64,000 bases of DNA from an uncultured Bifidobacteriaceae bacterium (GTDB lineage: Bacteria; Actinomycetota; Actinomycetes; S36-B12): assembly GCA_964495555.1 (NCBI GenBank), contig CAZBWA010000003.1, positions 475 through 64,474 on the forward strand, in the 5' to 3' direction. Position 1 is the first letter of the stretch. Every line of letters begins with the position of its first letter. The position numbers and the translations under genes are program-made. The notes below the pieces were generated by a model that did not search any database, was not told the DNA's origin, and was given only the letters and a program-made list of their open reading frames with translations. This document shows positions 26,904 through 39,828 of this stretch, piece after piece.

Positions 26904-28024
26904 CCACTCAGCCTAATTGCGTCACGAGCGCGTTGATACGCGTCATCCAGCGCCGGGAGGACGTGACTCCATGACTGCGCGACGGGAGTCTCAGCATTGT
27001 GGGAAGCGATCATGGAGCGCATGTCACCGTCGCCTGCGATCGCCATGATCGAGCGTGCCAGACATGCGTCATCCCGCGCCAGGACGCCTTCGATTCCCGA
27101 GCGGATGAAATCGGCCGTTCCGGAACCCCGGAGCGCGATGACAGGAAGGCCGCACGCACGTGCCTCCAACGCAGCGATTCCGAATGATTCGCGGCGGCTC
27201 GCCTGGACGAACGCATCAGATCGAGTGAAGAGGCTGCGGATCTCCTCCGGTGCGAGCCGACCTAGGAATGCGATGGATCCCTCACGCCCCCACGAGCGCA
27301 CGCGCCTCTCCATACGGGACCGATCGGGCCCGTCACCCACGATGTCGAGATGCATCGCCGAGTTCCCTGAGGCGGCGGCGAACGCCCGGATCAGCGCACC
27401 CGTGCGCTTACGCGGCGCAAGCCGCTGGACAGCGACGAAGCGGATGCCCTCGTGAGGTTCATGCGGGAGGGGACGCCACACGCCGGTATCGATCCCATTG
27501 GGAATGACCTCCACCTGCGTGCGCACGGAGCGCTCGACGAGCCGCGCTGCCATGGAACTCACCGCGGTGAGAATCGTCGGCGGGGCAACCCATGCCCGTC
27601 CTCCCCACGCGGCAAGCGCACGCATGCCGGGACTCCAGATACTGTGGACGCTCACGACGCGCGGGAGGCCCAGCGTGCGGATAGCTCTCAGTGCGCCCCA
27701 GGCGAAGGGTGAGACCTCGCCGACGTGGACGTGGACGACATCCGGATCGACGCGTCGGAGCTCCTCCGAAATGCGTGCACGTGCTCGGAGGTGAATGGGC
27801 AGCCCACCCGGGATGTTCATCGTGATCCGCTCGATGGACACCCCGGCGTCATCATCATGACCCCGAGGGACCCCCTCGCCACGCGTGGCCGTCACCACCG
27901 ACACCTCGTCGCCTCGCGCACGCTGCTGTGTCGCCAAGGCCCGAACCTGGGTCTCCATCCCTCCGGTCCGGGGTGCGTAACAGTCGCTCACGTGGACGAT
28001 CCGCACGGGATGACCGTACGCCAC
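26900..28024 (-). CDS. glycosyltransferase family 4 (GT-B, retaining)
   Basis: N-terminal RIVHVSDCYAPRTGGMETQV and the C-terminal EX7E region ESFGIAALEARACGLPVIA. GGAGGG SD 7 nt before GTG 28024. Confidence 0.85.
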   Translation of the reverse strand: MAYGHPVRIVHVSDCYAPRTGGMETQVRALATQQRARGDEVSVVTATRGEGVPRGHDDDAGVSIERITMNIPGGLPIHLRARARISEELRRVDPDVVHVHVGEVSPFAWGALRAIRTLGLPRVVSVHSIWSPGMRALAAWGGRAWVAPPTILTAVSSMAARLVERSVRTQVEVIPNGIDTGVWRPLPHEPHEGIRFVAVQRLAPRKRTGALIRAFAAASGNSAMHLDIVGDGPDRSRMERRVRSWGREGSIAFLGRLAPEEIRSLFTRSDAFVQASRRESFGIAALEARACGLPVIALRGSGTADFIRSGIEGVLARDDACLARSIMAIAGDGDMRSMIASHNAETPVAQSWSHVLPALDDAYQRARDAIRLSG

Positions 28025-28039
28025 GGCACAGCCCTCCTA

Positions 28040-28045
28040 CAGAAT
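28040..28045 (+). promoter_or_regulatory. -10-like box 6 nt before the PIG-L start codon (leaderless-mRNA signature)
   Basis: The sequence reads CAGAAT-gtgcgg-ATG(28052). The whole spacer to the divergent GT4 start is only 27 bp. Confidence 0.4.
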
Positions 28046-28051
28046 GTGCGG

Positions 28052-28852
28052 ATGCGGCCCCGGACTCTCGTGTTCGTTCATGCCCATCCCGACGACGAAG
28101 CGCTTCTCACGGCAGGCACCATGGCGCGCGCCGCTGCGGAGGGCCATCGCGTGGTTCTCATCATGGCGACGGATGGCGGCGCGGGTCTGACCGACGCTCA
28201 CTTTGGTGCCGATCTCGCCGGGCACCGCGCCCAGGAGTTGGAACGATCCGCGGAGCACTTGGGTGTGGCTCGCATCGTGCATCTCGGGTACCCCGACTCG
28301 GGACTCTCCGGCGATGCACCCGGTGGGTTCGTCTCCACCGGCTGCTTCACGATAGGGCGAGCAATAGCGAAGGTCCTCGACGACGAGAACGCCGATGTGG
28401 TTGTGGGGTATGACTCCAGCGGGGGCTACGGACATCCCGATCACGTGCACGTGCACCGAGCAACACGGACCGCTATGCAGGTGGCGACACGGACTCCGAT
28501 CCTCTTCGAGGCGACCCTGCCGCGGGAGCCCATCCGAAACGCCGTACGTCTCGCATCTCGGGCACGACTCACACCCGAGGAGTTCGATCCCCGTGAATTC
28601 GACGCAGCGTGGACCCCTCGGGAGTCCATCACCCACCGAGTGGACGTCCGCGATCACGTTCCCGCCAAAATCGCTGCCCTCCGCGCTCACGCCTCCCAGG
28701 CGGTGAGCGATTCCGGTCCGCGGACACTCGCAGTCCTGGGTCGGCTCCCCCTGTTCGCCGCTCGTCTCCTCCTCGGCACGGAGTACTACGTGCGCGTCGC
28801 CCAGACCGATACGTCCTCCACGAGCGAAGGCTCGTTGAACTCAACCCAGTAG
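28052..28852 (+). CDS. PIG-L / LmbE-family N-acetylglucosaminyl deacetylase
   Basis: The signature VFVHAHPDDEAL, with later HPDH (GYGHPDHVHVH), marks the zinc deacetylase family that includes MshB, BshB and PIG-L. The ORF-track start at 27725 is antisense to the GT4 gene and was rejected. Confidence 0.85.
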   Translation: MRPRTLVFVHAHPDDEALLTAGTMARAAAEGHRVVLIMATDGGAGLTDAHFGADLAGHRAQELERSAEHLGVARIVHLGYPDSGLSGDAPGGFVSTGCFTIGRAIAKVLDDENADVVVGYDSSGGYGHPDHVHVHRATRTAMQVATRTPILFEATLPREPIRNAVRLASRARLTPEEFDPREFDAAWTPRESITHRVDVRDHVPAKIAALRAHASQAVSDSGPRTLAVLGRLPLFAARLLLGTEYYVRVAQTDTSSTSEGSLNSTQ

Positions 28853-29691
28853 GTGCGGAGGTCTCCCGCGAACCATCGCTGCTGACGCCGTGCGAAACGC
28901 CGGGTATCGGCGATCGTCTGATCGCGCGCCTCGCCCTCGCTGATCTCGCCCGCCAGGTGCGCCAATATCGGGCCGTATCCGAGGGCTGCGCGCGCGGTGG
29001 GCGCATCTGCGAGCCCTTCATCTCGGAGCTTGCGCACCTCCTCCACGAAACCACGCCTCCACATCTGATCGACGCGCTCCTCGATGCGTGCATCGAGCGA
29101 GGGACGATCAATCGCGATACCGACCCGAGTCGTCACATAGCGATCCTCGGGTGTCGGCAGGCGTGCGTTGAATGGTTTCCCAGTGATCGCATTCACCTCG
29201 AGAGCGCGCACGATACGACGACCATTGGTCGGGGCGATCGCCGCGGCCGCTGATGGATCCACCCGCTGGAGCTCGGCGTGGAGTGCGAGAGAACCCTCGT
29301 CCGCCAGTCGCTCCTCCAAGACCGCTCGCACATCGGGGTCCGTTCCTGGCGGCTCCAGGGTCTCGAGGACGGCCCGCACATAGAGTCCACTTCCCCCCAC
29401 GGCTATGGGAAGGCGTCCTCGGCTCCATACGTCTTCGATCGCAGCTCGCGCAGCATCGCGGAACTCCACGATCGTGAGCGCATGGCTGATCGGCCACACG
29501 TCGAACATGTGGTGTGGGACTCCTCCCCGCTCCTCCGCATCCGGAGTTGCTGTCCCGATGTTCATGCCCTGATACGCCTGCATCGAGTCGAGGCTGATCA
29601 CCTCGCCATCCACTCTCCGAGCGACTTCGATAGCGGTCCGTGTCTTGCCGGCGGCGGTCGGTCCGAGAATCGCCAGGACGCGGGGGGTCAT
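28786..29691 (-). CDS. miaA: tRNA dimethylallyltransferase
   Basis: P-loop [24 protein letters not shown] and a C-terminal [16 protein letters not shown] overlap with the miaB stop. The 3' end overlaps the convergent PIG-L gene by 67 nt. Confidence 0.93.
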   Translation of the reverse strand: MTPRVLAILGPTAAGKTRTAIEVARRVDGEVISLDSMQAYQGMNIGTATPDAEERGGVPHHMFDVWPISHALTIVEFRDAARAAIEDVWSRGRLPIAVGGSGLYVRAVLETLEPPGTDPDVRAVLEERLADEGSLALHAELQRVDPSAAAAIAPTNGRRIVRALEVNAITGKPFNARLPTPEDRYVTTRVGIAIDRPSLDARIEERVDQMWRRGFVEEVRKLRDEGLADAPTARAALGYGPILAHLAGEISEGEARDQTIADTRRFARRQQRWFAGDLRTYWVEFNEPSLVEDVSVWATRT

Positions 29692-31118
29692 GTGCGGACG
29701 GAGGGCATGCCCAGCAGCACGCCCGTTGCCTCCGCCATGCCCGTCCGTCGACGCACCCCGATCCACTCATCGGCGATCAGATGGTGCGGGGCGCCGTAGG
29801 TCACCCGGGCGCTGACGAGGTCTCCGGGCATCGGTGCAGGCACACCATCCGGGATCCGGACATGGACCAAACGGTTGTCCTCGGCTCGACCCGAGATGCG
29901 TGCCGAGTGCTCGTCCTTGCGACCCCGCTGGGACGCCACCAGGACCTGCACCTCGGTGCCCACCAGTGCCCGGTTTTCCTCCCAAGCGATCGCGTCGACC
30001 GTCTCCACCAGACGGTGGTAGCGATCCGTGACCACGGCGGGGGCGGTCTGATCGGGGAGCTCGGCCGCGGGGGTCCCTGGACGCTTGGAATATTGGAAGG
30101 TGAAGGCGCTGGAGAAACGTGCGCGGCGGACGACCTCGAGGGTGTCCTGGAAATCCTCCTCGGTCTCCCCGGGGAATCCCACGATGATGTCGGTCGTGAT
30201 CGCGGCATCCGGAATGGCAGCACGAACGCGTTCGACGATGCCGAGGAACCTCTCGGCTCGATACGACCTGCGCATGGCCCGCAGGACCCGGTCGGAGCCG
30301 GACTGCAGCGGCATGTGGAGGGCGGGCATCACATTCGGGGTCTCCGCCATAGCCCGGATCACATCGTCGGTGAAGTCCCGCGGGTGGGGACTCGTGAACC
30401 GGACGCGCTCGAGACCGTCAATATCCCCACAGGACCGCAGGAGCTGCGCGAACGCCGACGGATCCCCGAACTCGACCCCGTAGGCGTTGACGTTCTGCCC
30501 CAGCAACGTCACCTCGACGACACCGTCGGCCACCAAGGCTTCGATTTCGGCGAGGATGTCACCGGGCCGGCGGTCCCGCTCGGTGCCACGGAGCGACGGC
30601 ACGATGCAGAACGTGCACGTGTTGTTGCATCCGACACTGATGGCCACCCACGCCGAGTGCGCCGAGTCGCGACGTCCAGGGAGCGTGGACGGGAAGACCT
30701 CCAGTGATTCCAGGATCTCCACCTGCGCCTCCCGGGCGAACCGCGCGCGCTCGAGCAGCACGGGGAGGGAGGCAAGGTTGTGGGTGCCGAACACCACATC
30801 GACCCAAGGAGCCCGTTCGAGGATCGCGCCACGGTCCTTCTGCGCGAGACACCCACCGACGGCGATCTGGAGACCTGGGTGGGACTCCTTGACGGGCACG
30901 AGATGCGAGAGGTTCCCGTACAGGCGATTGTCGGCGTTCTCACGCACCGCGCAGGTGTTGAAGACGATCACGTCGGCGACAGAGCCGTCCGGAGCTGGGC
31001 GGTAGCCCGATGCCTCGAGGAGACCCGAGACCCTTTCGGAGTCGTGCACGTTCATCTGACAGCCGAAGGTCCGCACCTCATAGGTGCGCGATTCCGGTGT
31101 CTGCGCATCGACCGCCAT
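29688..31118 (-). CDS. miaB: tRNA-i6A37 methylthiotransferase (radical SAM)
   Basis: UPF0004 domain [12 protein letters not shown], radical-SAM motif [11 protein letters not shown] and a TRAM C-terminus. GAGGAGG SD before ATG 31118, whereas the ORF-track GTG 31136 lies upstream of that SD. Confidence 0.9.
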   Translation of the reverse strand: MAVDAQTPESRTYEVRTFGCQMNVHDSERVSGLLEASGYRPAPDGSVADVIVFNTCAVRENADNRLYGNLSHLVPVKESHPGLQIAVGGCLAQKDRGAILERAPWVDVVFGTHNLASLPVLLERARFAREAQVEILESLEVFPSTLPGRRDSAHSAWVAISVGCNNTCTFCIVPSLRGTERDRRPGDILAEIEALVADGVVEVTLLGQNVNAYGVEFGDPSAFAQLLRSCGDIDGLERVRFTSPHPRDFTDDVIRAMAETPNVMPALHMPLQSGSDRVLRAMRRSYRAERFLGIVERVRAAIPDAAITTDIIVGFPGETEEDFQDTLEVVRRARFSSAFTFQYSKRPGTPAAELPDQTAPAVVTDRYHRLVETVDAIAWEENRALVGTEVQVLVASQRGRKDEHSARISGRAEDNRLVHVRIPDGVPAPMPGDLVSARVTYGAPHHLIADEWIGVRRRTGMAEATGVLLGMPSVRT

Positions 31119-31220
31119 GGATACCTCCTCGTTCACGCGATTGTAGGCAAGCGAGGGAAATCACTTGACGCGACGACGTCCGTCGACGATCGTGCATCAT
31201 CGACCGATAGAGGAGTGGGC

Positions 31221-31736
31221 ATGGGACTGTTCAAGAAGCTCAAGCAGGGAATGGGGATTGGAACGGTCTCCTTCGACCTGGAGTTCCCAGCCCAGGTGCC
31301 CGCTGCCTCAGGGGTCCTCGAGGGAACGATCGTTCTCACCGCCAAGAGCGACCAGCAGATCAATGACGTCGAGGTCAAGCTGGAGCGTGAACAGACCTGG
31401 GAAGTGCGTGTCGAGACGTTCAACACGAGCACCAACCAGTCCGACGTCCGCTGGGAGACTCGAACCCAGTCGACAACCATTGCGGAGTGGAAGGACACGA
31501 CGCGGTTCACCCTGGCCGAGGGCGAGACGAGGCGCATCCCCTTCCGGCTGGCGTTCCCACCCATGGAGAACCCTTACGGGAGCGCGGAGGACGTCCTCTG
31601 GGATTTCGTCTCACACTCGCTTCTCTATGGAACTGGGTGGCGTGACGCGCGCATCGATTTCAAGGTCATCGGGGACGCGGACATCGAGGATGCCGCATTC
31701 GACAAGGGCGATGAGCGCATCATCGTCCTCATGTGA
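31221..31736 (+). CDS. SpoOM-like (arrestin-fold) family protein
   Basis: The N-terminus MGLFKKLKQGMGIGTVSFDLEF...VLEGTIVLTA is typical of the sporulation-control SpoOM family. GAGGAG SD. The ORF-track start at 30780 is antisense to miaB. Confidence 0.65.
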   Translation: MGLFKKLKQGMGIGTVSFDLEFPAQVPAASGVLEGTIVLTAKSDQQINDVEVKLEREQTWEVRVETFNTSTNQSDVRWETRTQSTTIAEWKDTTRFTLAEGETRRIPFRLAFPPMENPYGSAEDVLWDFVSHSLLYGTGWRDARIDFKVIGDADIEDAAFDKGDERIIVLM

Positions 31737-31743
31737 CGTCTCG

Positions 31744-34074
31744 TCAGACTGGGACCTTCTCCGGCTCGTCGTCGACGACCTCGTCCTCACCTGGCTCGAT
31801 CTGCACCGTGGGCAGAATGCGTCCGAGCCATGCCGGCAGCCACCAATTGGCCTTGCCGAGGATCGACATCACGCTGGGCACAAGGACTAGGCGGACGACG
31901 AATGCGTCGACAAGTACGGCGGACGCAAGGGCCACCCCGAAGAGCTTGATCGTCGCGTTCGTACTCGGCACGAATGCGAGGAACACACTCGACATGATCG
32001 CCGCCGCGATTACGACGACGCGACCAGACCCTGCCAGACCGCGACGCACGCTCGCCAGGTTGTCACCGGTACGAGCCCACTCCTCCTGCATACGTGACAC
32101 GAGGAAGACCTGGTAGTCCATCGAGAGTCCGAAAAGGATCGCGAAGACCATGATGGGTACGAAGGGGAAGATCGGTCCGGTCCCCGGTACACCGAGGAGA
32201 TCCGCGAACCATCCCCATTGGAAGACAGCGACCGTGATGCCCATCGCAGCGGCAAGGCTGAGGAGGGATGTCAGCGCGCCCGTGAGCGGGACGACGATCG
32301 AGCGGAAGAGGATCACCAGCGCGATGAACCCAAGTCCCACGACCACTGCCAGGAACAGTGGAAGCGCGTCGCTGAGAACCGTGGTGAAGTCCTGGGTGAT
32401 CGCCTGGCTTCCTCCCACGTAGAGCTGCGCCCCCGTGGCCGATTCGATCTGCGGGTTCACCTCGGAACGAAGACGATCCAGAAGGTCGGAGGTCGCCTCA
32501 TCCTGCGGCGCGGACGCGGGATAGACCGCGATGGCCTGGATGGCCGAAGGAGGTGACCCTGGACCCGCAGCCGCCAACTTCCCGAGGATCGGCAGGGTCT
32601 CGAGGGAGGGCGACGTCCCGGCAACTCCTTCCGCCTGGGTGAGCCCGGCGACGATCGTCCCGAAAGCTTGCGGATCGGAGACGCCTTCGAGGTCGGCCAC
32701 CACCAGGAACGGACCGTTGGATCCGGGTCCGAACCCTTCCGAGCGCAGGTCATAGGCGATGCGGGCGAGAGAGTCTTCGGGCTTGCCCGAGTCATCGGCG
32801 AATCCCTGGCGCAGGCTCAGAGCGGGAATCGCGAGGATCACGACGAAGCCGAGCGCAAGCAGCGACGTCAGCCACGGGAAGCGCTGCAGGCCACGTCCGT
32901 AGTGGGCCCACGCGCGTCCCTCCGCTCGTCCGGTCCCCGGCCGCTTCCCCCACGGAAGCCGCAGGGCCAGAGCCTTCGTACCCAGGAGACTCAGGAGCGC
33001 AGGAAGCATCCACACCGCGGCCAGCATCACCATGATCACGGTCATGGCGGCGCCGATGGCCAGCCCGGTGAAGAAGTTGATGCGCAGAATGAGCAAACCC
33101 AGCAATCCGATGATCACCGCGGAACCCGCGAAGACGACCGCACGGCCGGCCGTCTGCACGGCCTCCACCGCGGCCGATTTGGCGTCGTGCCCGACGAGAA
33201 GAGCTTGGCGGAACCGGTTCATCACGAAGAGCGCGTAGTCGATGCCCACGCCGAGGCCGATCATCGCCGCCAGCGTCGGTGCGAAGGTGGCGACGTCGAG
33301 GAAGTTCGCGGCGAAGGCAACGAACATCAGGCCAGCGAAGAGACCGACGAGGGCGGTGACGATCGGAAGGCCGGCGGCGACGATGGATCCGAATGCGATC
33401 AGGAGGATGACGATTGCCACCGCGATGCCGATTCCCTCGCTGCTCGGCGGCTGCTGCCCGGCGAACTCCAGCAACTGACCCTGCACGCCGATCGACAGCG
33501 TCTCACTCTGCGCGGCCTGGACGGCATCGAGGATGATCTTCGCGTCCGCGGCGGTGACGACGGGGCTCCCCTCGGCATCGAGTCCGAAGTTGATCGACGC
33601 GTACGCCACGGTGCCATCCGGACTGATGGGTGAGAAGGAGCCAGCGAGGATCTGCAACTCCTCCGGGCTCAACAGCGAGGCCGCCGTCGCTGGATCGATG
33701 CCGCCGCCCGTGGCACATTCACGCCCCAGCCCCGATCCCCGAGGATCGAATGGGTTGGTCACACAGGTCACGCTGGGCAGGGCTGCCACTTCCTCGAGCA
33801 GCGGCAGAACGCTGCCGGCCACGGCGCCATCCACCGCGGAGCCAGACGCCGGTGACCACACGATCGTGGCCCCACCGTCCACGCCACCGAGGTCGGTTCC
33901 GCTTTCGACGAGAAGATCTGTGGCGATCTTGGATTCGGTGTCGGGGAGGTCGAACGAATCGTTGTAGGAGCCCGCGAGCCCGATGCCCAGGCCGGCGAAA
34001 ACCCCCAGGGTCACCACCCAGGCGATGAGTGCGAAGACGGGACGGCGGACCGCCCATGCGGAGAGGCCAGGCAT
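31744..34074 (-). CDS. MMPL-family (RND superfamily) membrane transporter
   Basis: About 776 aa with two 6-TM bundles and two periplasmic loops in a typical MMPL arrangement. GAAGGAG SD before ATG 34074. The ORF-track start at 34107 is a TTG upstream of the SD. Confidence 0.85.
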   Translation of the reverse strand: MPGLSAWAVRRPVFALIAWVVTLGVFAGLGIGLAGSYNDSFDLPDTESKIATDLLVESGTDLGGVDGGATIVWSPASGSAVDGAVAGSVLPLLEEVAALPSVTCVTNPFDPRGSGLGRECATGGGIDPATAASLLSPEELQILAGSFSPISPDGTVAYASINFGLDAEGSPVVTAADAKIILDAVQAAQSETLSIGVQGQLLEFAGQQPPSSEGIGIAVAIVILLIAFGSIVAAGLPIVTALVGLFAGLMFVAFAANFLDVATFAPTLAAMIGLGVGIDYALFVMNRFRQALLVGHDAKSAAVEAVQTAGRAVVFAGSAVIIGLLGLLILRINFFTGLAIGAAMTVIMVMLAAVWMLPALLSLLGTKALALRLPWGKRPGTGRAEGRAWAHYGRGLQRFPWLTSLLALGFVVILAIPALSLRQGFADDSGKPEDSLARIAYDLRSEGFGPGSNGPFLVVADLEGVSDPQAFGTIVAGLTQAEGVAGTSPSLETLPILGKLAAAGPGSPPSAIQAIAVYPASAPQDEATSDLLDRLRSEVNPQIESATGAQLYVGGSQAITQDFTTVLSDALPLFLAVVVGLGFIALVILFRSIVVPLTGALTSLLSLAAAMGITVAVFQWGWFADLLGVPGTGPIFPFVPIMVFAILFGLSMDYQVFLVSRMQEEWARTGDNLASVRRGLAGSGRVVVIAAAIMSSVFLAFVPSTNATIKLFGVALASAVLVDAFVVRLVLVPSVMSILGKANWWLPAWLGRILPTVQIEPGEDEVVDDEPEKVPV

Positions 34075-34197
34075 TGTGCTCCTTCGAGTGAGGTCCAACC
34101 GTAACAAGTCGCCAGCTCAGGGGCACACTCAGTGAATGCCGTACACGCGGCGTGTACCCGTCGGAGGGCCGCCGAACCCACATGCGCGTGACACGAG

Positions 34198-34710
34198 TCA
34201 CACGGATGAATCGCCGTGACCGTCCATGACCTCGGTGATGACCGACGTCGCCACACCCACGGAATATCCACGTCGCATGAGGTACCCGAGAAGACGCCGA
34301 CGCTCCGCAACCGTGTCGGTACCGCGGCTACGCAGCGTGCGACGCAGAGCCAACTCCCGTGCGCGATCACGCTCGTCGTCCGCACTCACGGTCGCGAGAG
34401 CACCCTCGACGAGATCGGTGTCTACGCCTCGGTCCCGCAACTCTCGCCTGAGCGCCGAACGTGAGAGTCCGCGGCCCCGCTGACGCGACTGCACCCACAT
34501 GCGAGCGAATTCACCGTCATCGATCAACCCGACCTCGGTGAGTCGATCCAGAATGGGATCGAAGATCTCGGGGTCGGCACCACGTCTCACGAGGTCCCGG
34601 GAGAGTTCCTCGCGCGTCCGGGGGGCACTCGACAAGCGACGAAGGATGACCTCGCGCAGCGCCGACTCCGACTGCGGTGCGGGCGCGGGCTCAGCTCTCC
34701 GGCGGGCCAT
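34198..34710 (-). CDS. recX: recombination regulator RecX
   Basis: Three-repeat helical RecX pattern ([39 protein letters not shown]). It overlaps the recA 3' end by 20 nt, as in other actinobacteria. Confidence 0.9.
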   Translation of the reverse strand: MARRRAEPAPAPQSESALREVILRRLSSAPRTREELSRDLVRRGADPEIFDPILDRLTEVGLIDDGEFARMWVQSRQRGRGLSRSALRRELRDRGVDTDLVEGALATVSADDERDRARELALRRTLRSRGTDTVAERRRLLGYLMRRGYSVGVATSVITEVMDGHGDSSV

Positions 34711-35758
34711 CGTCGTTCACGGCTGCCCCGGCAGGGGCGGGAGCTGGCGCATCGACGCGCGCACCGATACCGAGGACCTCCTTGATGCGCTTCTCGATTT
34801 CCAGTCCCAGGTCGGGGTTGTCCTTCAGGAACGCGCGGGCGTTCTCCTTGCCCTGTCCCAGCTGATCCCCCTCGTAGGTGTACCAGGCACCGGACTTTTT
34901 CACGAGGCCGACATCGACGCCGATGTCGATCAGAGAACCCTCGCGCGAGATCCCCTCGCCGTAGATGATGTCGAATTCAGCCTGCTTGAACGGCGGCGCA
35001 ACCTTGTTCTTGACCACCTTCACTCGCGTTCGGTTTCCGACAGCCTCCGTGCCACCCTTGAGAGTCTCGATGCGGCGCACGTCCAAGCGCACGGACGCAT
35101 AGAACTTCAGGGCCTTGCCGCCCGTGGTGGTCTCCGGGGATCCGAACATCACGCCGATCTTCTCGCGCAACTGGTTGATGAAAATCGCCGTGGTGTTGGT
35201 GCTATTGAGGGCGCCGGCCATCTTGCGGAGCGCTTGACTCATCAACCGCGCCTGGAGGCCCACGTGCGAGTCACCCATCTCCCCCTCGATCTCGGCGCGC
35301 GGAACGAGTGCGGCAACCGAGTCGATCACGATCAGGTCGATCGCGCCCGAGCGCACGAGTGTGTCGGCGATCTCGAGAGCCTGCTCACCGGTGTCGGGCT
35401 GCGATACGTAGAGGTTGTCCAGATCAACGCCGAGTGACGAGGCGTAGTCGGGGTCGAGGGCGTGCTCGGCGTCGATGAAGGCCGCGAGCCCACCCGCAGC
35501 CTGGATGCTCGCGATGGCATGCAGAGCCACGGTGGTCTTACCGGAGGACTCGGGACCGTAGATCTCCACGATCCGGCCCCGCGGCAGGCCTCCGATGCCC
35601 AGGGCGACGTCGAGGGCGATGGATCCGGTGGGGATCACCTCGATCGGGGCTCGGCCCTCCTCACCGAGGCGCATCACCGATCCCTTGCCGAAGGACCGTT
35701 CGATCTGGGCGAGGGCTGCCTCGAGGGCCTTCTCGCGGTCTGCTGCGGCACTGGCCAT
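34691..35758 (-). CDS. recA: recombinase RecA (no intein)
   Basis: [23 protein letters not shown] and Walker [18 protein letters not shown] 5 nt before ATG 35758. The GTG at 35764 has no room for an SD. Confidence 0.97.
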   Translation of the reverse strand: MASAAADREKALEAALAQIERSFGKGSVMRLGEEGRAPIEVIPTGSIALDVALGIGGLPRGRIVEIYGPESSGKTTVALHAIASIQAAGGLAAFIDAEHALDPDYASSLGVDLDNLYVSQPDTGEQALEIADTLVRSGAIDLIVIDSVAALVPRAEIEGEMGDSHVGLQARLMSQALRKMAGALNSTNTTAIFINQLREKIGVMFGSPETTTGGKALKFYASVRLDVRRIETLKGGTEAVGNRTRVKVVKNKVAPPFKQAEFDIIYGEGISREGSLIDIGVDVGLVKKSGAWYTYEGDQLGQGKENARAFLKDNPDLGLEIEKRIKEVLGIGARVDAPAPAPAGAAVNDDGPPES

Positions 35759-35875
35759 GTTCACTCCTTGTTCGCGGGTCGGACCTGCACGCTAGGACGA
35801 GCCTCTGACACCGCCGCCGCCTCTTTCCGAGCTCGCCCGGGGAGGGACGGCCGCGCTGACGGATGTGAATCTATA

Positions 35876-35891
35876 TCGAACGCATGTTCGA
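35876..35891. promoter_or_regulatory. LexA (SOS) box of recA, perfect palindrome
   Basis: TCGAACGCATGTTCGA directly abuts a minus-strand -10 TATAGA (35875-35870). It lies 118 nt upstream of the recA ATG. Confidence 0.9.
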
Positions 35892-35926
35892 ATAGCCGCG
35901 ACACGCCGCCCGCCTGCCCCAGGTCC

Positions 35927-35932
35927 TAGGTT
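35927..35932 (+). promoter_or_regulatory. -10 box 6 nt before the argG start codon (leaderless signature)
   Basis: The sequence reads TAGGTT-tagccc-GTG(35939). No SD is present. Confidence 0.45.
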
Positions 35933-35935
35933 TAG

Positions 35936-38584
<2,649 letters not shown>

Positions 38585-38592
<8 letters not shown>

Positions 38593-39292
38593 CGGGACGA
38601 CCGTGCTCGAGCCGGGTGGACAGGGCCTCGGTCACGCGGGTTGCGTCCGCCGGGAACCCGAGAGACTTCAGGGAACGGGTCAGGACATCGGGATCCACGG
38701 ACCACTGCTCGTACTCAACGAGAGCGACGCGGCCCGGGCCCAGGATCCTCGCCAGGTCATCGGCTACCTCGCGCAGGTGAGCGATCGTGTCGCGAAGCAC
38801 GTCCGACGCGAGGGGGTTGTCCGGCCACCACCCGCTGGCAACCGCGTCATCGGCGCCTCGGACATTCACAAGGAACCGGCACTGCGGCAGCAGGGTGGAC
38901 ACGAAGAGCAGGTGGTCGAGCACTGCGTCGGTATCCGGGAAGTACCCGGTCTCGTACCGAACCTCCTTATAGCCCGTCCAGATCGTGTCCGCCTTGGGCC
39001 GCAGGACGTCCTCGATGAACGTTCGGCGCGCCGATGCGCGGGCCACCTCGGGATCCAGTCGGGCGGTTCCGAACCACGGATGGTCGGGACGTCCCGCGTG
39101 ATGCCGTCCGGCCGCCGCAGCCAGGGACTGGACGTAGGACTGCAGGCCACGCATGGCGAGATAGTTCTCGCCCCGGATGAGCGTACCCGGATGCGCATTG
39201 AGGGCAGCCTGGAGTGCGGTGCTCCCCGTTCGACCGAAGGTGACGACCGTGAGGAACCGGACGTCGTGCCGGCGAGCACCGCGGTCGAACAT
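38585..39292 (-). CDS. sulfotransferase-family protein (PAPS-dependent, Stf0-like)
   Basis: N-terminal 5'-PSB-like loop VVTFGRTGSTALQAAL and a later FLVNVRGADD region (candidate 3'-PB). 235 aa with an ATG start. Confidence 0.6.
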
Positions 39293-39309
39293 GCGCCGAC
39301 CCTAGGGCC

Positions 39310-39501
39310 TCAGGTCAGCAGAGATGGCACCTCGGCGTTGGCGCACACGGCAGCCCAGATCTCCCGGGTGTCGGTCCCGCGGTGGATCGCTTGGGTGACG
39401 GTGCAGCCCAGCTCGGGCAGGACCGTGTCCTGGGCCCACGAGGTTGCGTAGTCCTCGCCGAACACGGCGTTCATCCGCTCCCAGAAATCGCTGAGCCGCA
39501 C
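39310..39501 (-). CDS. DUF3046-like small protein
   Basis: VRLSDFWERMNAVFGEDYA...REIWAAVC matches the small protein that lies next to recA in mycobacteria, as I recall it. GTG 39501 lies 1 nt after the clgR stop. The ORF-track extension to 39732 overlaps clgR. Confidence 0.7.
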   Translation of the reverse strand: MRLSDFWERMNAVFGEDYATSWAQDTVLPELGCTVTQAIHRGTDTREIWAAVCANAEVPSLLT

Positions 39502-39502
39502 G

Positions 39503-39754
39503 TCAGTTCGCGGCCTTGGACTCCTCGGCGGCCACGTGGCTGCTGACCGAGGCGAGCACATCGGCCATGGACACGTCCAGGGCAGAGCAGATGGCGGCGA
39601 GAAGTTCCGACGAGGCCTCCTTGTGTCCGCGCTCCACCTCGGACAGGTATCCGAGGGAGACGGCGGCCGCTCCAGAGACATCGCGCAGGGTGCGACCTTG
39701 ATCCTGACGGCGGCGACGCAACTCGTCGCCAATCACCTGGCGTAGCACGATCAT
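39503..39754 (-). CDS. clgR: XRE-family HTH regulator, ClgR-like
   Basis: [58 protein letters not shown] closely parallels the mycobacterial and corynebacterial ClgR sequence I recall. GGAGGGAGG SD before ATG 39754. Confidence 0.8.
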   Translation of the reverse strand: MIVLRQVIGDELRRRRQDQGRTLRDVSGAAAVSLGYLSEVERGHKEASSELLAAICSALDVSMADVLASVSSHVAAEESKAAN

Positions 39755-39828
39755 GATGCCTCCCTCCGTCACAGTAGCGCGCGGCCCGGCCGGGCGCGAG
39801 ACCACTCCCGAACCCTTGGACGTCCGTG

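Noticed and set aside
35864-35881. TGTGAATCTATATCGAAC, which resembles an ARG box upstream of argG
   Set aside because: Only about 12/16 matches to my recalled ArgR half-site consensus. There is no properly spaced second box. The sequence is already explained by the recA -10 and the LexA box.
39784-39795. A perfect 12-bp GC palindrome (GCCCGGCCGGGC) upstream of clgR as a possible ClgR operator
   Set aside because: It does not fit the CGC-N5-GCG-type ClgR operator I recall. GC-only palindromes of this size are expected by chance in this composition, and it has no loop for a hairpin.
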